In this document: one piece after another, positions 1-12,850 of the stretch
Layout of the letters: each line of letters starts with the position of its first letter
Position numbering within the stretch: position 1 is the first letter of the stretch
Assembly (NCBI RefSeq): GCF_009914755.1
Contig: NC_060940.1
DNA: 64,000 bases
Strand: one strand, 5' to 3'
Origin: the human T2T-CHM13v2.0 reference genome, Homo sapiens
Notes under the pieces: model-generated
What the model was told of the DNA's origin: nothing
What the model saw: the letters and a program-made list of their open reading frames with translations, nothing else
Database searches by the model: none
Made by a program: the position numbers and the translations under genes

Positions 1-523
1 TTCATATTCTGCTTAAATAGTCTAGATTTGGCTTGTATCTGAGACTCATGAACAAGATAGGATGAGTTTGAGAAAAATTTAAGATGCAGAGACCAAGGCT
101 TGGTGAGGGGTGAGCAAAAGAGAGCTGTTTAGGGTGGCTCCAACACTGCCGTCTCTTGGCTGTTCCATCCATTCTGTCACACAAGCCAAACAGGCGCTAG
201 GTCCCTTTCCCCGTCTCCTCCAACCAGGGCTCAGTAAACAAGGTCTGAGCCCGAGCCTCCAAGTGACCTGACAGCCAGGTCTGTAAGATCACCCTTGAGG
301 AGCTCAGCCAGGCTGAGGGGTAGGGGAATGGGGGCATCAGTGTTTATGAACCTTGAGATCAGCGTTAGGACTCTCCCTCAGGAGAATCTGATGGCTCCAA
401 GTTTAACCCAGTTTCTGTCTTCTCCCCTGTCCTTTTCCTCTAACCCCGCTCCCCTCCTAGTTGTGTGTGTCTGGAGTGTGTGCATTCAGTTATATAACCG
501 CTTTGGTCTCTTCTTGTCCCCAG

Positions 524-592
524 ATTGCTCTTCTAGACATCGATATATGTGGGCCATCGATTCCCAAGATAATGGGATTGGAAGGAGAGCAG
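524..592 (+). CDS. NUBP1: NUBP1 internal coding exon (probably exon 4), [23 protein letters not shown]
   Basis: Polypyrimidine tract then cag| at 521-523; |gtaata donor at 593; 69 nt, phase 0/0. Contains the D-x-D-x-x-GPS motif of Mrp/Nbp35 NTPases. Confidence 0.97.
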
Positions 593-694
593 GTAATAGC
601 CGGTTACAGAACTCAGGAAATTATTCTCTTAAGGCAAACTCTGTAGCACTGAACTGTCAAACCTCAACAAAGAGGCATGCGGAGCCCATAAATG

Positions 695-1007
695 TTTTTT
701 TGTTGTTGTTTTGTTTTGTTGTTTTTGAGACAAGGTCTCACTCTTGTCGCCCGGGCTGGAGTGCAGTGGTGCAACCTCAGCTCACTGCAACCTCCACCTC
801 CTGGGTTCAAGCGATTCTTGTGCTCAGCCTCCTGAGTAGCTGGGACTACAGTGGTGTGCCATCATGCCCAACTAATTTTTGTATTTTTGGTAGAGACCAG
901 GTTTCACTACGTTGGCCAAGCTGGGCTCCACCTCCTGACCTCTAGTGATCACCTGCCTCAGCCTCCCAAAGTGCTAGGATTACAGGCGTGAGCCACCGCA
1001 CCTGGCC
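695..1007 (-). mobile_element. Alu (AluS-like); representative of dozens of Alus in the window
   Basis: Full antisense Alu with taaatgttt TSD. Confidence 0.9.
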
Positions 1008-2104
1008 TGTAAATGTTTATGTGGAGATGAGGAGCTCATACATGCTCAGTAGTCCATCTGTCTACTTTTAACAACAACTGTGAGTCTTGGCGGGGGAGGG
1101 GCGGGATTGTATATGAAGTCTGTCTACACCATTGGAGAAGCATTGGTTTCGATGCCTCCTCAGAGGGGAAGGGAAACAGCCAGTGAAATGCAGAAGTAAG
1201 ACACGGAAATTTAGCTCTGACTGGGAACATTAGACCAGGGCTTGCTATGGGTCTGTACCCTGGAAGCAAGGGAATATTTCTGCCCTTGTGGTCTCCCCTG
1301 GGGAACTGAGACTGCAGGGCGGGTGAGCGATGTGGGCTGGGGGCAGGGCTGTAGCAGTCTATGTAGTTGCTGGCCTCTTCTTGCTAGCAAGAAGCTCTCC
1401 AAGAGAGGATTCCCCCAAGGGCAGTGCATGGAAGCTGGGGCTGGGGGTGCTGGGATGTCCCGAGAGTCTCAAGATTGGTTCTTTCTTTAATTAGTGCCAG
1501 GAATGCATTAATCCTGTTTTGGGGATGCAGTGGTGAACAAGGTCCATGAAGACCCCTGTCTGGGTGGGAGAAGGCAGATGCTAGATAATGTGAAACCAAC
1601 CCAGAGTGAGGGGATGGACAGTAGGGCAGAGTCAGAGGGGCTGAGGGGTGGTCAAAGGTGCCCTCACTGAGGGATAGCATTTGAGCAGAGGATGACAGGA
1701 GGGGAGAGCTGGGGGAAGGGCATTCTGGGCTAAGGGAGCAACTGCATGGGCCGCTGACACAAGGTGTCCTTGTGTCCTCAGTGGAGTGACCAGAGGGGCT
1801 GGAGGGTGGCCCGAAGCAGATGGGGCCGGCCTTGCAGGCACTTCTAAGGCCTTGGGGTTTGCTTCCGAGGGAGTAGGGAAGGAGAGCGATGTCACCCTGT
1901 GAGGCTTGGTCACATACCCCAATGGATTTGGTAGCACACGCCACAGTGAAGGTATAAGCTACTGTCATCACACGTAATTATTTCATGAAACAGAAAATTT
2001 TAAAATAAAAGAAAATAGAAGTTTCCCTATTTTCTTCTCCTGCACTATTGGATCATCCTGTTTAGCCCTCTTTTAAGACAAATGGACTTAGCAAACGAGT
2101 GTAA

Positions 2105-2365
<261 letters not shown>

Positions 2366-2671
2366 TGACCAGGCTGGTCTCGAACTCCTGACCTCAGGTG
2401 ATCCTCCCGCCTCAGCCTCCCGCAGTGTTTGGATTACAGGTGTGAGCCACTGTGCCTGGCTGGGTGTCTTTTAATAGAACTTCGAAGTCAGTCACAGAGG
2501 ACCGCATGTTGTGTGATTCCACTTACATGAAATGTGCAGAATAGGTCAGTCCACAGTGAGAGAAAGTGGATTAGGGGTCCTGTAAGGCTGGGAGGATGTG
2601 AGACAGACTGTGGGGGGTGGTGACAGCTGAGGGGTATAGGGATTCTTCTTAAGAGTCAGGCAAATGTTCTA

Positions 2672-3028
<357 letters not shown>

Positions 3029-3639
3029 TCATTCAATGGGTGAGTCATATTGTCTATGAATCATGTCTCAGTAAATCTGTTGAGAAAAGTAAGGCTTCAT
3101 CAAGAAAATTAAACTTTCAGTGTGCGCTTTGTGTGCTGCTGGACACCTGCTGGGGGGAAGAGGTCTGAATCTTGTTGCCCCAGGAAGCTCCCCTTTGTGG
3201 CTGGAGCTGATTGGGGACAGGTTCTGAATCAGCTGTTTCGTGAGAGCTCATTCCCTTCACTCCTGTGCTTTTACAAAAGCCACCTCATTGCTCCACAGGT
3301 ATCTGCATTTTCTCATCAGTCCCCAGCCGATTTTTATGACTCTTTTAAGATACCTTAGACACAACATCATATTTGAACTTGAGTAACTTTGGTTCCCTAT
3401 CTAGACATCCAAGTAGAGTTTCCAAATAACCCAGCTTAGGGCACAAAGGGAGTTGAGTTGCATCTTTATTACCCACGCCCTAGCTGTTCACCTCCTTTTA
3501 GGAATTTCGTGGTACCATGTAAGACAATGAATTATATTTTAAAAAACCATCGTCTTACTTTGTACAATTTGTCTGTGCATGAAATGTGACCAGGGTACAT
3601 GATTTCTACTAATGAACATCGGTGCTCATGTTCACACAG

Positions 3640-3672
3640 GTTCACCAGAGTGGCTCAGGCTGGTCTCCAGTG
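3640..3672 (+). CDS. NUBP1: NUBP1 33-nt coding microexon, VHQSGSGWSPV
   Basis: cacacag| acceptor and |gtgagt donor. The translation joins the flanking exons in frame and matches the NUBP1 protein. Confidence 0.95.
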
Positions 3673-3801
3673 GTGAGTTTTCACCTCTTTGCCCTATTTT
3701 CACAGTAGTGTGTGGTTGTGTGTACATAATGGGTTTGTGGTTTGTTGGTCCATAGGTATTTATTAGGGTACTTTTCGAGGCACAGAGGATGTGATTAAAA
3801 C

Positions 3802-3998
3802 CAGTGATTGGCAGGCTTTTTCTGTAAAGTGTGGGACGGTAAAGATTTTCAGCATGTGGGCCTACATTCCTTGCTGTTGTAGCACAAAAGTAGTAATATG
3901 TAACTGAACAACCAGGACAGTATTCCAATAAAAGTTTATTTACAAACACAGATGGTGGGCCAGATTTGGCCCTGAAGTCCATAGTTTGTAAATCTCTG
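3802..3998. mobile_element. MER58A-like hAT DNA transposon
   Basis: cagtgattggcaggctttttctgtaaag...ccaataaaagtttatttacaaacacag...atagtttgtaaatctctg. Confidence 0.65.
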
Positions 3999-4015
3999 GT
4001 TAAGAGAGTTAAGGA

Positions 4016-4322
4016 GGCAGGGTGCAGTGGCTCACACCTGTGATCCCAGCACTTTAGGAGGCCAAGCCAGGCAGATCACTTGAGGCCAGGAGTTCGAGAC
4101 CAGCCTGGCCAACATGGCGAAATCCCATCTCTACTAAAGATACAAAAATTAGCCGAGCATGGTGGCACGCGCCTGTAACACTGGCTACTCGGGAGGCTGA
4201 GGCAGGAGAATTGCTTGAACCCGGGAGGCAGAGGCTGCAGCAAGCTGAGATTGCACCATGCACTCCAGCCTGGGCAACAGAGCCAGACTTCATCTCAAAA
4301 AAATGAAAAATAAAAAAATAAA
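4016..4322 (+). mobile_element. Alu with aagagttaaggag TSD
   Basis: Dimeric Alu with an A-tail and flanking direct repeats. Confidence 0.9.
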
Positions 4323-4608
4323 AGAGTTAAGGAGATGACATTTACTTATTTTAGCTGAGTTCCCTGTCATTGCCGTCACTGCAGCCCATGGACATACAGT
4401 GCCTCTTTCAAATCCCCCAACATGGTACCCTTTTTTTTTTTTCCAAAAATGATTTAGGAGCAAAGAGTGAATATGCTCATAGGTCACATGGTAGTTTTGT
4501 CCTGAAAATGTTTTTTTCAGTCAGAGCTCAAACAGAAGACCTGGGGGAGGGCCTCACTGTGTGGTTTTGAGTAAAGCGTGTCTTGCCCTCACCCTGTTCC
4601 CTCTGCAG

Positions 4609-4699
4609 TACGTGGAAGACAACCTGGGGGTGATGTCAGTGGGCTTCCTGCTCAGCAGTCCTGATGATGCTGTTATCTGGAGGGGACCCAAGAAAAACG
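4609..4699 (+). CDS. NUBP1: NUBP1 coding exon, [30 protein letters not shown](G)
   Basis: ctctgcag| acceptor and a weak |gtttgc donor; 91 nt. Contains the conserved WRGP motif of the Mrp/Nbp35 family. Confidence 0.96.
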
Positions 4700-5054
4700 G
4701 TTTGCCACTCTGCCTTTTTTTGTCTCTCACATTCTTCCACGAGCGTTGTGGCTCTTGGCTTTATCTGCTCCCTGTCCTGCCAGTCTCAGCCTGCTGGACT
4801 TCACAGTATATTATTTTTAACCATCCAGTGCCTCTTTTTTCACTGGTTGAAAAGAGCTAATAGAAATACCAGTTTCCATTACGTAATTATAAATATCTGC
4901 TGTGAGTTTTTCTCTCCTTAAAAGCTGTAGAACCCTGGTCGGGTGTGGTAGCTCACGCCTGTAATCCCAGCACTTTGGGAGGCCGAGGCAGGTGGATCAC
5001 CTGAGGTCAGGAGTTCAAGACCAGCCTCGCCGACATGGTGAAACCCTGTCTCTA

Positions 5055-5315
<261 letters not shown>

Positions 5316-5349
5316 TTAAGGTAATAATGTGAAAGTGTTATCAGGGCAA

Positions 5350-5549
5350 GCTTTAGCCTCAGCACTATTGATATTTTGAGCCAGATAAGTCTTTGTTGGG
5401 GGGAGGAGTAGACCGTGTTCTACACCATAGGGTGTTAAACAGTGTCCCTGGCCTTTACCCACAAGATGCCAGTAGCACCCCCTACTCTATTTGTGACAAC
5501 CCAAAATGTCTCCAGACATTGCAATTCACTCCCAGTTGAGAGCCACTGA
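5350..5549. mobile_element. MER20 DNA transposon
   Basis: gcactattgatattttg...gtgacaacccaaaatgtctccagacattg...gttgagagccactg. Confidence 0.75.
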
Positions 5550-5791
5550 CTTACAGCATAGACCAAAGGCACAAAAAGATCAGATCATGCTTCTCCGTGA
5601 GCTGGGCACAGTGGCACGCACTTATAGTCCTAGTTACTTGGGAGGCTGAGGTGGGAGGATTGCTTGAGCCTCAGAGTTAAGAGCCAACCTGGGCAACATA
5701 GCAAGACCCCATCCTTTAAAAAAAAAAGAGGGAGTTGAAAGTACAGAAAAGAAAGGAAAAGTAAGCATCCCCTGTGGATTCCTCTTTCTAG

Positions 5792-5946
5792 GCATGATCA
5801 AGCAGTTCCTCCGAGATGTGGACTGGGGAGAGGTCGACTACCTCATTGTGGACACCCCACCTGGGACGTCGGATGAACACCTCTCGGTCGTCCGGTACCT
5901 GGCCACAGCACACATCGATGGAGCAGTGATCATCACCACTCCCCAG
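5792..5946 (+). CDS. NUBP1: NUBP1 coding exon, (G)[51 protein letters not shown]
   Basis: tttctag| acceptor and |gtgagc donor; 155 nt. Contains the Mrp-family signature W[14 protein letters not shown]. Confidence 0.98.
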
Positions 5947-6225
5947 GTGAGCGAGCTGCCAGCTGGAGCTGGGTCCAAACTGTGCTCCACACTGTGAGAT
6001 TTCTTTCCTACCTGGCTCTGATACTCTGGTCTCACCAAGGCTCTTCCCAGTGTGTGTTCCGCAGCTGCATCTGATGTGGGTCTGCAGAAACCTCGTGTTA
6101 AAAACTTCAGCCAGCACAGTGATTCACACCTGTAATCCCAGGACTTTGGGAGGCTGAGATGGGAGGATCACTTGAGCCCACGAGTTCGGGACCAGCCTGA
6201 AAAACATAGCAAAACCCCATCTCTA

Positions 6226-6414
<189 letters not shown>

Positions 6415-7058
6415 TCATCTTTGGTCTAGACATTTGCAGCTGACAACCATTCAACGATTTGGTTTTTTTTTAGTCCATGGATTAAACAATAGTGGGTCAA
6501 GAATGCTTTTTGAACTTTCCTTGAGGAAACTAGGGAAACCACCAGTGCAGTTATAATTCATACTGTGCTGCCTGGCCCCGTCAGCCTTGCCGTGTCCATG
6601 TGTCAGGTCCCCCAGCCTACAGTGGATTTTCCGTTTACATCCCAGGATGATTTAGGAAATCTCTCCAGTTTTCAACAGAACCAGCTGGGTGCAGATAGGG
6701 ATTTCGGGATAAGCCACTGGGTGCCTTCGCTTCTTCCGTAGTGACACCCAGCAACCCTCTGTAGCAGTCACCTAGTGGCTGTACTCCAAGGCCCATGGTG
6801 AGCCCGAGCTGAGAGGAGAGCGATAGGAAGTTTCCTCTCTGTAAGTCCTGCAGAGAGCAACTGCAGGCAGGACCATGGTGCTATCCATCTCAGGGGCCTG
6901 AGAAACTGAGGGCTCTTCTCCATCTCCACAGTTACGCCTGACTTCTCTTCATGACGTTCTCCTCCACACTTAAGAAAGCCCAGCAAAGGAGGTTTGATTT
7001 GATCTCACTGGCCAGAATCAGTCAGGACGACCCATAGTCTCACCTCATCCAGCACTCA

Positions 7059-7876
<818 letters not shown>

Positions 7877-8091
7877 TCACTACACCTGACAGTGACAAGC
7901 CACAGCAGGACTTGGGTACAGGGATCTGTGATAACATTAACTGAGGAAAATAGGGAGCTACTGAGCGGTGTTTATACACAGTAATCACATTGGAAAAACT
8001 CAGAGTTGAGAAGGAAATGCAAAGTTGTCCACATTGGGCAGTATTCCTTATTTCCTTTTAGTCAGTTGTTTGTGTTTATAATTATCTAGAG

Positions 8092-8300
8092 CAGGGATTG
8101 GCAAACTTTTCTGTAAAGGGCCAGATAGGAAGTAGGCGTTGCGGACCCCACGGTCCCTGTCCCAGCCCCTTAGCCGTGCCACTGTGGCATGAAGCAGCCA
8201 CAGACGGTGCCTAGAGGGACGGGCATGGCTGGTTCCGGAGGAACTTTATTTATAAAACCAGCCAGATTCAGCCCCCAGGCTGGGGTTTGCCAAGCTCTGG
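8092..8300. mobile_element. MER58A-like hAT DNA transposon
   Basis: cagggattggcaaacttttctgtaaagggccagatag...tttgccaagctctg, with terminal inverted repeats. Confidence 0.7.
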
Positions 8301-8501
8301 TCTAGAAAACAGTGCACACACTGGCTTAATATAGTATAGTATAGGGACATGGAGCATGTAGATGCGTTAAAAGGTCATTTTCAGATAGGCACAGTGGCTC
8401 ACGCCTCTAACCCTAACACTCTGGGAGGCCGAGGCAGGAGGATCACTTCACACCAGAAGCTTAAGACCAGTCTGGGCAACAACCATCTCTATAAAAAATT
8501 A

Positions 8502-8675
<174 letters not shown>

Positions 8676-8781
8676 TTAGGTTGATTTCTTGCTATTTGGC
8701 TGTGTGGGAAGTAAATAGCACCTCGAACAAACAGGGCTTAGCACTAGTAGGTACTAAATAAATATGGATTTGGCAGAGGGC

Positions 8782-9158
8782 ATACATTAGTTCATTTTCA
8801 CACTGCTGTAAAGAACTGCCTGAGACTGGGTAACCTATAAGGGAAAGAGGTTTCATTGATTCACAGTTCTGCATGGCTGGGAAGGCCCCAGGAAACTTAA
8901 CAATCATGGTGGAAGGCAAAGCAGGCACATGTTACACAGTGGCAGCAGTGAGAGAGAGAGTGTGTAGGAGGAACTGTCAAACACTTACAAAACCATCAGA
9001 TCTCGTGAAAACTCACTATCGAGACCAGCATGGGGGAAACTGCCCCCATGATCCAATCACCTCCCACCAGGAACTGCCTGTTCCTGTAGGGATGTAGGGA
9101 TGATGGGGATTACAGTTCGAGCTGAGATTTGGATGGGGACACAGAGCCAAACCCTATC
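8782..9158. mobile_element. THE1/MST-type MaLR solo LTR (THE1D-like)
   Basis: Characteristic ends: cattttcacactgctgtaaagaactgcctgagactgggtaa...gggacacagagccaaaccctatca. Confidence 0.8.
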
Positions 9159-9282
9159 AGGGCAGAAACCTCTAAGGCTTTATGATCGCAGATCCACTGC
9201 ATTGCAGCCATCCCCTCGGTTGCACAGACATTCCCTTTCTCGCACTTTGATGCTGGAATCACTGGTCTTTTCACCTTCGTAG

Positions 9283-9393
9283 GAGGTGTCACTCCAGGAT
9301 GTCCGGAAAGAAATCAACTTCTGCCGCAAGGTGAAGCTGCCCATCATCGGGGTGGTGGAGAACATGAGTGGCTTCATCTGTCCTAAGTGCAAG
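9283..9393 (+). CDS. NUBP1: NUBP1 coding exon, [37 protein letters not shown]
   Basis: cgtag| acceptor and |gtgagg donor; 111 nt. Contains ENMS and the CPxC motif that binds the bridging Fe-S cluster. Confidence 0.98.
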
Positions 9394-9675
9394 GTGAGGG
9401 CGCGTGGGGCTGCCAGGCGAGCAAGATCTTGCTCTCATGGATGAGGAAACGATCGGAAGGCTGCTCTGCAAACTATTTCTGCTTTCCCTGTCATTTTGGG
9501 AAGTGGAATCACAATTAAAATCCCTTTCTGCTGACTAAAGGAAAGTTCTTTAGGTGTTAAGGGTTCCACATTCAAACTAAGCCTTTTTTTTTTTTTTAAG
9601 TTTCTTTAAAATGTGGTCCATCCTTGTGATTCTGCAAAAAAATTATGTTTCCTCCCCTTTGAATTTGCCTTGCAG

Positions 9676-9778
9676 AAAGAATCTCAGATATTCCCTCCCA
9701 CAACCGGGGGCGCGGAGCTCATGTGCCAGGACTTGGAGGTCCCTCTCCTCGGCAGAGTGCCCCTGGATCCGCTCATAG
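9676..9778 (+). CDS. NUBP1: NUBP1 coding exon, [34 protein letters not shown](G)
   Basis: ttgcag| acceptor and |gtgggt donor; 103 nt; in frame with the neighbouring exons. Confidence 0.97.
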
Positions 9779-11756
9779 GTGGGTGACCCCAGTGTGGGGC
9801 GGCACCTCACTCCTCGGTCAGCCCCACAGGCACGGGTCGGGCACAACAGGGGGCGGCTACAGAGAGGGGCAATGGAAGGAGGAGGGTCAATGGGGCGCTG
9901 GAGCCAGACCCACCCTCCAGCTGGCACCCCAAGAGGCCACCGGGAGAGAGGCCGAGACCCCTGCGGGCAGGTAGCGGGAGCAAGCAGGCCTCAGGCAGAG
10001 GGGTGAGGCCTGGAAGAATGGGGTAGAGGTTGGTGAGGGTGGTGGTGGCAGGGGACTGAGGAGGGCACCCGATAGAGGGGCGGCTCCAGGGGATGCACAT
10101 GGCGTCCAGGTTACAGAGGAAGGCGGCCTGAGGTGAAAATCCCTTAGGAAGGGGCCGGGCCTCCTGTGCCCGGAGAAGCCAGCACGGCACAGATGAGGCC
10201 CCTTTGTCTCCAGCACCGGGACAGACCGGAACGCGGATCACTGGCCTGCGAGCAGGGGCCAAGTTCCCAAAAAATGCTCTTCTTAAGTACGTGGGTCTCC
10301 CAGGATCCCAAGAGATGCCCACTCCCTGAGTGGCCCTGAGGCTGAAGGAGGGACGGGGTTTCACGTCTCCACCCACACGCCCGCCGGGCGCCCACTCGCC
10401 GTGGGGCGCTGAGCAGGGCCTACACTTGAAGCTGCTCCCCCAGGAGGCTGCTGTCCCCCAGGACCGCGGAGCCGGGCGGGCCTCCGTTACTGGGGCCCTT
10501 TAGTGGGGCTCCTGCGGGGCGTCCAGCACTCGCCTTTAGGTCTGAGGGGAGAACAGAGAGAGAAGGCTGGAGGGGAGGCCGGGATCCAGGAGTGCCGGCT
10601 GCACCCATGCCTCGGAACTTCCACTCCATTTGTCAGGGAACCAAGGCCAGTGTGAGGTGTCTGTGCCGGGACAGGAGAGAGGGGCCGGGCGGGTGAAGTA
10701 TGGCCTGGCCAGGAGAGGGTGGGGGCCGCGTGCTTGGGGAGAGGGCGGGGCCCGTGGAGAGCCTGGAGGCGGGGAGGGCGGAGGCCACGTGGGGAGCCTT
10801 GGGGAAGGGCTGCATGGGGAGAATGGGAGCCTGTGGGAAACGACTGTCAGTGTCATGTGCCTGGGAACAGGAGGCTCAGGAGTGGCTGCCCTGGGATAGG
10901 GGTTCAGGATGAGGCCCTGGGTTCTGGCGTTGGTGTAGAAAGGAAGGGACACACACAAGAGAGAAAGTGACGGCATCTGAGGGTCAAGGTTGTCCCTGCT
11001 GCCAGTACAAGTCACCTGGAGGAGGGTCCGTCCCTCAGAGACAGTGAAGCAGGGGTGGTAGAGGGAGGCCGGGCCCTCTGGGGTGCTGCGGCTAAGGGGC
11101 TCGGGGGCTCAGGTTGTCAGCAGGTTCTGGGGTCCGTCAGGAGAAGGTGGTTCATGTCCGTGCAGTTGAGTTTTGAAGCCACAGGACATGGACAGGATTG
11201 CCAAGGGGCCGTGCAGAAAGCGGGAGCCAGGAGGACAGTGTTGGGGGATGGCTGCCTCGAGGAAGTGGTAGGGGGGTAGGGTGCGAGGGCCACTCTGAAG
11301 ATGGGAACAGCCCGGGAGAACGCCAGAGACCCCATGTGCCCAGGAGGCTGTGTCCCCAAATCCTTTTTCCCTTATTCCCACATCCCACAATACTTCTCTG
11401 GCATGTGATTTCCCCAACAACATGCAGAAAAGTACAGCTGCTTTCTCAACCTTCCCCAGCATCATAAAACACTCACCAGGCAGCTTTTGCAGTGGCCGGA
11501 AGTGGTGATGAGAGCTGCCCTCTGAGGCCCCTGGAGGCAGTTGGGCTGCATGAATGGATGTGATTGGGGACAGGAGCTTGCAGCAGCCCAGGGCACATCC
11601 ATTCCTGCCAGCCTGCACCTCTGCCACAGTTCAGCTCTGCCGAGATGGGATTGGTGGGCAGGACGTTTGTCAGGGGAAACATCTGTGGGAGAAAATGACA
11701 AGGGAGAGCGTTAGCCCACGATGAAGGAGTGGGGGAAGGAACATATCAGCCCGAAA

Positions 11757-12176
11757 GAGCATCACGGCCCATAGGAGTATCTCAGCCCCTGGAAGCATCT
11801 CAGCCCAAGGGAGCATCCCAGCCCTCAAGAGCATCTCAGCCCATGGGAGCATCCCAGCCCAAGGGAGTATCTCAGCCCACAGGAGTATCTCAGGCCACGG
11901 GAGCATCCCAACTCAAAGGAGCATCTCAGCCCACAGGAGTACCTCAGCCCATGGGAGCATCCCAGCCCAAAGGAGCATCTCAGCCCACTGGAGCATCCCA
12001 GCCGAAGGGAGTATCTCAGCCCACAGGAGTATCTCAGCCCACGGGAGCATCCCAACTCAAAGGAGCATCTCAGCCCACAGGAGTATCTCAGCCCACGGGA
12101 GCATCCCAGCCCGAAGGAGCGTCTCAGCCCACTGGAGCATCTCAGCCCATGGGAGCATCTTAGCCTGCTGGAGCAC
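11757..12176. repeat. 18-bp minisatellite, consensus about GGAGCATCTCAGCCCACA, in a NUBP1 intron
   Basis: Tandem units are directly visible and generate the (GASQPT)n ORF at 11729-12163. Confidence 0.95.
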
Positions 12177-12196
12177 CTCAGTGTACTTTGCTTTTT

Positions 12197-12850
12197 GGCA
12201 TCTCAGTCTGCTGGAGTATTTGTCTATTGGAGCATCTCAGTCTGCTGGAGTGTGGCAGTCTATTGGAGCATCTCAGTCTGCTGGAGTATGCCAGTCTGTT
12301 GGAGCATCTCAGTCTGCTGGAGTATTTGTCTATTGGAGAATCTCAGTCTGCTGGAGTATGCCAGTGTGTTGGAGCATCTCAGTCTGCTGGAGTATGTCAG
12401 TCTATTGGAGCATCTCAGTCTGCTGGAGTATTTGTCTATTGGAGCATCTCATTCTGCTGGAGTATTTGTCTATTGGAGCATCTCAGTCTGCTGGAGTATG
12501 TCAGTCTATTGGAGCATCTCAGTCTGCTGGAGTATGTCAGTCTATTGGAGCATCTCAGTCTGCTGGAGTATGTCAGTCTATTGGAGCATCTCAGTCTGCT
12601 GGAGTAGGTCTATTGGAGCATCTCAGTCTGCTGGAGTATGTCAGTCTGTTGGAGCATCTCAGTCTGCTGGAGTATGTCAGTCTGTTGGAGCATCTCAGTC
12701 TGCTGGAGTATGTCAGTCTGTTGGAGCATCTCAGTCTGCTGGAGTATGTCAGTCTGTTGGAGCATCTGTCTGCTGGAGTATGTCAGTCTGTTGGAGCATC
12801 TCAGTCTGCTGGAGTATGTCAGTCTGTTGGAGCATCTGTCTGCTGGAGTG
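12197..12850. repeat. 36-bp (2x18) minisatellite GGAGCATCTCAGTCTGCT-GGAGTATGTCAGTCTRTT, with 32-bp variants
   Basis: Tandem units are directly visible and explain the repetitive ORFs in several frames. Confidence 0.95.

Noticed and set aside
9887-11015. Long Pro/Gly-rich ORFs as a nested gene or processed pseudogene
   Set aside because: No recognisable protein similarity, poly(A) tail or TSD. Overlapping ORFs in many frames are expected from high GC content.
11757-12850. Repeat arrays as a CRISPR array or a novel repeat-protein gene (GASQPT, LLEHLS and VCWSIS ORFs)
   Set aside because: The units are contiguous with no unique spacers, the context is a mammalian intron, and no cas genes are present. 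The ORFs arise because the unit lacks stop codons. No convincing splice or promoter context was seen.
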